A DNA stretch of 44,177 nt, taken from positions 90,445,776 through 90,489,952 of the forward strand of contig NC_068984.1 in assembly GCF_001194135.2 (NCBI RefSeq). Direction: 5' to 3'. This stretch comes from Octopus bimaculoides. Taxonomy: Eukaryota. The notes under the pieces were generated by a model that worked only from the letters and a program-made list of their open reading frames with translations, was not told where the DNA came from and ran no database searches. The position numbers were made by a program, and so were the translations under genes. How positions within the stretch are numbered: position 1 is the first letter of the stretch; each line of letters begins with the position of its first letter. Below are positions 34,486 to 44,177 of the stretch, piece by piece.

Positions 34486-36234
34486 TCTGGCCTCATATTT
34501 TTACGTGTATCATGAAGGTGCCAGATAATCCATCAAAGTTCCTACGTAACATCTTGAGAATCTGCCCTTTTCAAAGATGGAATGAATATGCTTAATTCGC
34601 AAACCAATAAATGAAACAAACATTGCAAAATTTTCTCAAACTTCATTTTCAAGTCAATCTAGAATCAATCCTGGATTTATTTTTCTAACGTAGGAAACTA
34701 AATTCAGACTGAATTGGTTCATCATCTTGGAAAGAAAATGTGAAATATCCAAATGAAATACTGAAGCACTGATATAAATATACCAAACTGAAAGGTTACA
34801 TATTAATATATTTCCGTGTCTGGACAATAGCTTAGAGATAATAGCAAGAACATAGCTAGAATCTACTTAACTAAATACCACATAAGTATTCCGAAAATTG
34901 CTCTGTAATTTTTCTAAGGATTCTTCTATATGTTCTAAGTCTACTGAATATGACGTTGAAGAGTTATAAGATAATGTAACAAGTATCAGCATATAATATA
35001 ATTTACATAATGGATGGTATTATACTATTGTAGTGACCCGAAAATATATAATCAAATGAAACTTACAACTGTAATGAAAATTAAAATCCACAGTTTAAAT
35101 ATATTAGACGTCTTAATTAAATGTTCTTTCGCGTAGAAGGCATTTCTGAGAAATGTTTACTTGTTGTTGTTACTAAATTCAAATTACAATAATAATGAAA
35201 AGAAGAATCATTGAAATCAATGATTATTCTTGCCAAAGGCAAGGAGATAGATTCGTTATTCAAAATGATTAAAAACAAAAATCAAATGGGGACATACAGT
35301 TGGAAACAAGTTTGAATTTTTGATTAATACAGTAACAACTTTAGTTGTCTTATGTCAGTGTAGGGAGTGATTTTCTTTTGTTTTGCTTTGTTTTTCTTTT
35401 TTCACTAAAATCCTACATATTCTCTCAATCATTCTTTGATCTGGTAAAAAAAAAGACTAGTAATATTATGTTGATAAGGACTAATAAGATCGAAACATCT
35501 AGAGTTGTCAGGCTCACTCCCCACTGCATAGTCCCATTCAATTTTTAAGTAATTTCAGAACTGAAGTTATCTTCCTTACTTGTGGTAACAATTACCATTA
35601 AGCCTAATGATTTTTCTTTTCATAACGGATGTAATTTTAATTTTGGAGTTCACATCATTACGTGTATTATCTCCCATTTAACTATATATTTTCCATTCGG
35701 TAAGCATCGCTAAGAAAATTCCCCACGTTATGACATTATTTATTTTGTCAACACCGACAACTATTTTTGTCTCAACTATATTGAGGAATTCGGAAACCCA
35801 TATAAGTTGCTTTTGTTATTGTTGCTGTTGATAATTTCAATTATTGATGCTTTTGTTTGCCCCAAGCTAGCATTCCAATCGTGACTATCTAGTCTTTTTT
35901 CTTCAGTTCAAAACAATGTATTCTTATTTTGTAAGACAATACGGTGTCTTTCTTCAAAGTGGAGCGACCATAGAGTCTGCCACGTTGGGTCAATAAGAGA
36001 AGCAAATGTTAACGCTGATTTTTAATTTCACTTTGAATTCTTTTAGATTATTGGCAAGAAGTACAACACTGTCAAGAAGAGTGTTGAAAGAGGCTCAGCG
36101 AATAGAGAATAGAATAAAATGCTTACTGAAAAAGAAGAGGCTGGTAAAAATGTCAGAAAGTTCGGAGAAGAGTTCATTATGGAAATAAAAATTTCCAATT
36201 ACAAGCATACAGTCTGTAATTATGGAAACGGGGC

Positions 36235-36495
36235 TTAGATCAAGCGCAGCTATTGACTTGATATTATATTTTATCGACCAGAAAGGATAAAAAAAATTCT
36301 GAACCTCGTTGGGATTTGAACTTGGAACGTAAAGAACTGGAACAAATACCATAAGGATCTTTTTCCAGAAATCCTACTTAGTCCTTCCAATCCACCGATC
36401 TGAAAAATATAGTAATAATCCTTTCTATTATAGGCATAAAGCCAGAAATTTAGGGGAGGAGTTGGTCGATTACATCGACCCCAGTGCTCAGCTAT
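36235..36495 (-). mobile_element. Two degenerate SINE fragments
   Basis: TTTTATCGACCAGAAAGGAT..GGATTTGAACTTGGAACGTAAAG and GGTCGATTACATCGACCCCAGTGCTCA. Confidence 0.75.
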
Positions 36496-36686
36496 TCCAG
36501 AATGGTGTCTCTCACGCTTTTTTTTGGTGGGGGGTATATATATTAGCGGCTAATATCTGATCTGAGGAAGTGTTGGCTGTTGGTTTTTCCATGTCGAATA
36601 ATCACGTTAAGCTTCTTTCCTAGAGTTGATATATACGGTGTGTGTGTGTATGTGTGCACGTTTNNNNNNNNNNATACATACATACA

Positions 36687-36751
<65 letters not shown>

Positions 36752-36789
36752 GGAAGTTATAAATTCTTTATCGGAACGACTCTAACCTT

Positions 36790-37750
36790 TGTGGATATGG
36801 TTGAAAGGGGCTCTATCACCTCTGATGAAACTAGGAACCAATCTGCTTAAATTAATAAATAGCATTCATGCCTCAATCCAATTCACTATGAAAATGAATG
36901 AAAAGGAACTCCTCTTTATGGATATTCTGATATTCAAAGAAAATGAGACAGTTACAACTGACTTCTACTACAAGAACACAGACATACACCACTATTTAGA
37001 TGTTAGATCTTGCCATCCTTCCCATAGAAAAAGTAACATACCATATAATATGGCAAAGCATATATGTTCAGTAGTCACAGATACCATTAGACGAGAGAAA
37101 CGAGTAGCAGAACTTATATTCCTTCAGAAACAAAAATACCCCAACAAGGTAATTCAACATGCCGTACCAAAAGCAAAGAGAAACACTCAAGCTAGGTGTG
37201 AAAACAAAAATACAAATACAATTATTCCATTTGTAGCCACCCACAATCCTAGAAACCACGCCATCCTGCATTCAGTCAAACGATACCTCCCAATTCTTCA
37301 TCAATCACCAAATCTCACACGAATAATTTTAAAAATCACAAGCTATCAACAGTCGAAGAAAACCACTAAACCTCAAAAGACTTCTAACAAAGATGAAAAA
37401 GAAACGATGCAAGTAACCAAACTGTAGAGACCCTCGTTGTGGGGTATCTGAATTAATTGAACAAGGGACAACCAACAGATTCAAGAATGGGAACGAATTA
37501 AAAGTGAATGCAACATGAATTGCAAAACAAAAAACATCATCTACTGCATCACATGCCCACAATGCAATGAAAACTACATTGGGGAGACAAGAAGGGAACT
37601 GACCAGTCGTGTAAATTTGCATATACAACAAATCCATCTCTTAAGAATGTCCCATGCAGTGAACATCTAGATATTTGTGCAAATGGAAAATTTTTAATAT
37701 TCCATGTTACCAAATAAACGATGAAAATGATCAACTACGAAAGGCAAAAG
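36790..37750 (+). mobile_element. Penelope-like retroelement relic (RT C-terminus plus GIY-YIG endonuclease)
   Basis: INSIHASIQFTM..LLFMDILI..TDFYYKNTDIHHYLDVRSCHP..NIPYNMA..QKYP..FVATHNP, then NCKTKNIIYCITCPQCNENYIGETRRELTSRVNLH. Confidence 0.93.
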
Positions 37751-38269
37751 GTAAAAGAATATTTACATATTCCCTTTTTACAAAATATTATATTATATAA
37801 AAATGATTAACTATGAAAGACAAAGGAAGAATACTTCATGAAAATCATAAGTCCGAAAATAAACCGGAAATAGTTGATACTACCACTACTACAAAAAGAA
37901 CAACTTCCTCTTTCAAACATTATCTAAGAACACGTGTGTTTGGAAAGATAATCGAAAGCGCTTACACACACTAGAAAGAAACTTCTTCCACAAAGATTAG
38001 TGACGTTCTGATAAAGAATTTATAACTCTTTCTAGATATTTTTTAAAACTCTTTTTTATACTTAATAAAANNNNNNNNNNNNNNNNNNNNNNNNNNNNNN
38101 NNNNNNNNNNNNNNNNNNNNNNNNNNNNNNNNNNNNNNNNNNNNNNNNNNNNNNNNNNNNNNNNNNNNNNNNNNNNNNNNNNNNNNNNNNNNNNNNNNNN
38201 NNNNNNNNNNNNNNNNNNNNNNNNNNATATATATAAATATACATATATACACCTCATGAGGAATGCTAC

Positions 38270-38830
38270 AGGGACCAAAGATTAGATGAAAACATGTCTT
38301 ACGATGTTACTTGTAACAAGACATGTGTCACTAAAGAATATTACAGCCGGATAAGGAAAATATGAACCTCGTAACTCTCTGCATTCAATAAAACAGTGGA
38401 CTAAAATGTGTTTTGCAGTTCCAGCACTGATACCAACATTTGAGCTACTTGATTAGATGCTTGATGAAATCCGAGCCATTGATGTGAAAACCCGGAAGAT
38501 ACTGACCAATACGAATAATTTCCACATCAACAGCGACCTCTACCTAAAACGAAAACAAAGAGACAGGCTTAACATCGATCCAGACAGCCTTTGAATGTCA
38601 TCTCATATCCCTTCGGCAACATCTTTTAACCACCACGTCTCGAAGTGCATCCCTTGACCAAGTTTGCATACATGAGGCAGATAACATCATGAGACTTGGA
38701 AAGCAACTCTTCGAACAACATTCTTTGTGATAAACTTGAATTCATGCCTAAAAAGCTGCACGACTCTACCACAACGTACCATCAGATAAAAGGATAAGCA
38801 TATATCAGCAGATGGCTATGCCTGGATATG
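38270..38830 (+). mobile_element. Decayed R4/Dong-type RT C-terminal region
   Basis: My translation across frameshifts gives KEYYSRIRKI..LSAFNK..FAVPALIPTF..LDEIRAIDVKTRKILT..FHINSD..LYLKRK. Confidence 0.8.
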
Positions 38831-38899
38831 TTAGCAGAAAGCTCCAAGATGACGGTAACGTTGATCATAAAAGTAGTCTATCATGGACCAACAACCGGA

Positions 38900-39159
38900 T
38901 TACTAATGCTCACTTATTCTATACTTATTCTATCGGTCTCCTTTGCCAAATTGCTAAGCTATGAGGATGTAAATACACCAACCCCGGCTGTCAAGCGGTG
39001 GTGGAGGACAAATACAGACACAAATACAAAGACATAAACGATGGACGTCTTTCAGTTTCCGTCTACCAAATCCACCGAGGCTATAGTGGAAGACACTTTC
39101 CCAAGCTAACACGCAGTGGAATTGAACCCGGAACTATGCAGTTGGGAAGCAAGCTTCTT
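38900..39159 (-). mobile_element. tRNA-derived SINE (third family) lacking its extreme 5' end
   Basis: Minus strand AAGAAGCTTGCTTCCCAAC..GGTTCAATTCC (B box) ACTGCG..CTTGGGAAAGTGTCTTCCACTATAGCC..GGATTTGGTAGACGGAAACTGAAAGA. Confidence 0.85.
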
Positions 39160-42100
39160 TATTTCATAAATTGACCATGGAAGCCGTACATAGATGGGAC
39201 AAACAAGAACAGACAAACATAGAGGGTTAAGAAGTTGCTTATTACGGATGAAAAAGTTTCGAATTATAAAATATGTCATGCTGTTAAAAATTATATCTTT
39301 TTTTTTTAATTTCAATATAACCTCGATAATCATTGCAAATTTTACAATGTGTGACTGAAGGAAAGGCGTCCAGCCGCCAGGTTCGAATCTTTACTTTTCC
39401 TTCTGGCCCCACTTACCTGGTTCCAGTCACTCGCAGCTTGTTCACTACTTGCTTCCATCTTTTCATGGACACATCCTGTGATAGGTATCTCTTCTCCAGC
39501 CTGATCTTTGCTATCGAGGTGGTAACTAAAGAAGTTAACCAACCCCTGGCCGGAGACGAAAGTATCTGTCACTATACCTCTTACACGCGTCTTCCATACT
39601 GTTTCTTTCAGTATGGATACTACGCAGAAAAAACAAGCATTCCTTTCTCCGTTAAGGAAAGGAAGCGGTACAATCTTGATGATAGACTCAGCCTATAGCT
39701 GTACTCTTCCCATCGTTGACAACAGTTGCTAGACAAAGGCTATCAGTCCTGATAATTCCGGACACTCCTCGAAGGCGTGCAAGACAGTTTCTCTGTCCCG
39801 CCCCCATCTTAGGCATGTGGGAGAGACGGCACTTCCGTGCCTTGACAGCTTGTCTCGAACAGACAATGCCGAACGGTACCACTGCCAAGCCAGGGATTTC
39901 TGGTAATTCTTAGATACCCCGGCCCGAAAGTTCTCCTGAACAGGTTGATCAACTGATTTCTATCGAAGCCCAGGGTCTCTCCCAGGACATCGTCTGACAT
40001 AAATTTGACTAACCCGCTGTAAAAATTCTACAGTGGAACTCTTGTGGCCGGTACTGCCCGCCCGAGAGAGTAGCTGGAGTGCCTGACAGCACTCTAATTG
40101 CCAACCCCCTAGCCTAGGTCTTCGTTTGATCCATGGACCAATATCCATTAAGGACGTCAACAGTGGAAGGTAGAACCTTACGTGTAGTGACCACACCTGC
40201 TCCCCATCCAGTTAAAGCCAGAGGTCCCTCAACCTTAACGTGGTTTTCGCATATTCAGCCAAGGCATCCCTAGCCCGCTCTTTAGCGATTTTTGGCAGCA
40301 GACAGAGCGCTTCACAAGTGGCTTTCCTCCCTTCCACAAAAAGCGGAAAAGAATTCTTTCTAACTTGTTCATCCACAAATCGGGGCAAGGCACAACGATC
40401 AGGCGGTAGGTGATGACAGATGCTATGAACATCCGCACAACCTCCACCCTCTCTAGCAAGGATAACGCCCGCCCAAACCAGGTCTGGGTTAGGGCAGTCT
40501 CCTTGCCCGTAACCTCGCTCCAATTCTTCTCTATCTGGAGGTCTGGACCGAACCAGACCCCCTAGTAACTTAACCGAACCTTCTGTCCAACGTCCCACGA
40601 CATTATTGGACGACATCGACTTGCCCTCCAGATGCCGAGTTGCAGGCCGACCCCTAGTTAACCTTTGCTCCTGCCACCGCCTCGTATACTCTGATGGCGT
40701 TTTCCACATAAGGAAGCTGCCTTTCTTTAGACACGATGATGGAGATGTCATCTGTATATGCAGTGGCTCCTCTTCCACGCCACAGATCATGCGGCACGCC
40801 CCCTTACGCCTCCAACTTCTGCAGCAATGGCTCAAGAACCAATACATACATAAGCGGTAACAAGGGATATACCTGGCGAACTGAGCATTCAATCTTGAAC
40901 GGTTTTGAAAAAAAACCGTTTACTCGGACGATATACTCACTCGATGTCACTACAAAACAACAATCCAACTGCAGAAAGTTGGGCCCAACCCGGCCTCCCC
41001 GAGGACCGCTGCCAGGTACCGATGGTCGACCTTATCAAATGCTTTAGACTGGTCTAAATGTACCAGTGCCCCACCTTTGTCAGAAATTTCCCAACCCTCT
41101 CTAAGGAGTAGCGTATAAGATAGAAATTATCGTGAATTGACCTGCCCGAGATAGCGCAAGTTTGCGTCAACCTTTTGCCAACACCTTGGCCAAAATCTTT
41201 AACTCTGTGTTTAGACGAGTTATGGGCCGAAAATTACTTATAATATCCTCCTTGTTCTGGTTCTTTCTCACCGGCTCGCAAATCTGGGAATTCTCCCATT
41301 CTACTGCCAGTTGGCGTAGACGCTGGCCAGTAGGTGCCCGAACAAGTCTGGCATATTTTTGCAAAACTCATAGGGTAGACCATCAAGATCCAGCGACTTG
41401 TCCCCGAGCAATCGGGCAGCACCTCGATCACGTCGACAGCTGTAATCGTCCCGTCACAGCACTCAGCTTCTCGTGCTGAGAGACGCGGTCCACCAGCCAG
41501 GAAGTCCCGTAGGGCCTCACCATAGTCTAGCGTCCCGCTCCTCCCGAACAACTCAGCGAAGTGCTTGTAAAGTGCCTCACACATCTCCTCCTGTCCTTTG
41601 ACCAAACGTCCATTTTCGTCAATCAAAAACCTGATTATGGCATCGTTGCCACGCTGAGTCTTTACCGTACAGGCCCACCCGGCAACATTAATTCCCTCGC
41701 GGCCCAATGCACGTACTTTTGCCCGAACCCTGCATCCTTCATGTTTGGCTTTGAGGTGACGGTCCAAGGCTGTTCTCGCTGCCAAAATTTGGGATGCAAA
41801 GCCCAATCTCAACGCCTCTTCTAAAGCCTTAAGTAGATTCCCTTCTATCCTAGCTTTATCTAAACTTAGCTGACGGCTAAATCTAATAGGCACAAAACGT
41901 ATGGGTCTTTTTAGAGCAAACTACCACCGGTAATTCACTACGGTGCCGGTTAATGCCCTTTTCCCTAACTCCTTAATCTGGTTACAGTATGCCTCACAAG
42001 CCAAAATAGACTTGTTCAGCTTCCAGCAGCCGGATCCCTGTCTATAGGCACTTTCTATGTTCAGCCTACACTTATCCATTTTATGATTAGTGTAGGCGGC

Positions 42101-44177
42101 TTGAACAAACTGTGGACAGCTAAAGCTAGACTTATCTCTAATCCTTAAAACTATCCTGTCTAATTTAAACTTGAGCTTCTCGTTGCCATTCATCCAGGTC
42201 CACACTGGGACGTTCGGGTGCTCCAGTATGTAACGATCTGCCAGCTGAAAACGCTTAAGCAGATCGATGAGACGTGAGTTAACCCTACCAGTCGAGCCAC
42301 AGCTATCCAGGCGTGCATCCAGGATAGCATTATAGTCTCCTAACACAACTAATATTTTGGACTTCACGAGAAAGTTCTCTAGGCGCTGATAGAAATCAGT
42401 TTGCTGCCTTCTTTCAAAAAGCGCGTAAATACCGATCAACCTGAAGGCTTTGTTGCTGTATGTCACGTCAAAGACGTCCAGCCCACCTTCAGGGTCCACA
42501 AAGACTGTACTTATCTGCAGAGCCAAGACTTTTCGGACTACTACACCTCCTCGACCTCCAGTCTGACCAGGAGACATGATTTTCTCATAGCCATTCAGGA
42601 GAACCGAGAAGGTGTGTAGCCTATCCAGCTTGGTCTCTGTAGCAACCATCACATGTATGTCATGTGATCTGAGGTCGTCGAGGAGACATGCTTGCTTCCA
42701 CTTCGAGCTCAGACCACGCACATTTATACAACCAAGGTTAAGTGTTGTCAGTTTAAGAAAAAGTAAAGTTTCTACTTACCTTTTCGTTGGTGATGTATGG
42801 GCCAACCTCACATCCCTCTTTTTCCCTCTTTCCTTAGATATTTCGGTTGGTCTTTTAGCCTTGAAATGGCTTCTAGATGCCTCCCCTTCAGTTTTTAAAC
42901 AACGTTTCTCCTATCCAGGCACATTGTCTAGAATAGTCCTTGTGCTTTGGATATAATATTGTAGTGTGGTGTGGCGCTATCACATCAGTTGTGTATTTGT
43001 CCTTTGGGTCGAACTCACCAAATTCTTTTTCCCTTTGGTTTCTCTGGGACGGTTGGGCGAGTTTTTTTTTAATTGTCTGTATTGCAAGGTTTTCTAATTT
43101 TGTGGGGGATATGGATGGGGAGTGGGACAATAGTCTTTTGGCTGAGTATCGTACAGCAGTGAACTCCCCCTCGACTACCTCCATGGTGTCATCTGAGGGA
43201 GTTGCACTTTTGTTATCAGGTGCCATCGACGTTAAGGGATGGGTATCTTTCTTGTTGTCGAGAATGATATATGCGTAGGTTGGGGCTTTTGGAGCATTTG
43301 TTTGCGGACATGTGTGGGCACCGCAGTTGGGGGAGTGGGTGTTTTTGCTGTTGTAGGGGCTGGTGTGTGTGGGGGTTTGGGAGCAGTTTTTTGAATTTGT
43401 GAGGGGCCAGGTGTAGATTGTAATTACAGATGTTTGAGCCTTTGAATGTTCTTCCTCTTCTATCGAGGTTTGTCCTTCCTTTTTCTTGGAGTCACAATCG
43501 GCCCTTATGTGCCCCTTTCGACCAAATTTGAAGCACCTAGGCTTCTTTCCCTCCACCTGAATTTTCAGAACCACGTTCTCACCCACGAGCGCTCTATTGG
43601 GAATTTTTTCAAGGTCTTCCGGAGCTGCTTGGATGATAGCCGTGATACTCTGCCCGAGCCAATTTGGGGGGGTGGGGGGCGAGCGTGTCACTTGTAAGAT
43701 GTTAATTTTGTCCTCCGTTAAATAACAGGGCGGTCATCACCCACACGGTTTCAATTTCCGGCGGTACTTCTGCTACCTTAATACGGGATGTGCGCCGCCC
43801 CATGCAAGTCGGCAAAAGCACCACTTCATTTGTTTTTAAAGGGCTGACAGAGTGCTCGTGGACCTTCTCTGCTGTCCTAAACCTAGCTTCTACGGTGCCA
43901 AATGCTCTCCCTCTTGAGATAGACATGATGTCATTCCAAATTGAGGCAAGACATTTTTCAATTCTATCCTGGTCCATGTGTGCCATTTTCTTTTCCTTTG
44001 GGCAAAAATGTTTTGAATATAATGGTTCTTGTTTTTATTTCCACTGTTGCATCAGTGAGAGGGGATATTTTAACATCGCCCTCCGCCTCCGACATCCTCT
44101 TGAACATCTCCTGGAGGTCCCCAAATGGGATCTCCAGATTTTCAGTATGTATCGCAGCGACTGCCGCGAAGCCCTTG
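39155..44177 (-). mobile_element. Near full-length Tx1-clade LINE (ORF1 with zinc knuckle; ORF2 EN-RT-CCHC), decayed, 5' end beyond window
   Basis: ORF1 has GFAAV..EKCL..RGRAFGTVEARF..GRRTSRIKVAEVPPEI..VEGKKPRCFKFGRKGHIRADC. ORF2 has NVRGL, ETKL, IYA, LGDYNA, LDRIVL, WKLN, NFRPITRLNTELKILAK, SKAFD, AYTDDISIIV, GLGMP and TCLRW..ETVLHAFEEC. The 3' UTR ends GAAATAAAGAA. Confidence 0.96.

Overview
AT-rich, microsatellite-dense eukaryotic DNA with several N gaps. The SINE families, microsatellite spectrum and TE mix point to an octopus/coleoid cephalopod; this is inference and was not searched. No intact host gene, rRNA, tRNA or CRISPR array could be supported. The window is a layered graveyard of mobile elements. 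It holds three decayed Tx1-clade (L1-group) LINEs on the minus strand, one nearly full length and running off the right edge. It also holds four R4/Dong-type RLE retrotransposon relics (two in tandem between (TAA)n arrays), CR1-type relics, a Penelope-like RT/GIY-YIG relic and an internally deleted Tc1/mariner. Non-coding elements include about a dozen tRNA-derived SINEs, four short hairpin MITEs and a Mutator-type element with ~280-bp TIRs and a 9-bp TSD that carries degenerate TTAGGG repeats. The most unusual object is at 15.0-17.0 kb: a Tx1-ORF1 homologue that runs straight into a polyadenylation signal with no ORF2. It has an extra C-terminal domain and is preceded head-to-tail by a second copy of its own 3' end, so it is a candidate HAL1/HeT-A-like ORF1-only retrotransposon. 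All protein assignments come from motif recognition by eye, not from database searches.
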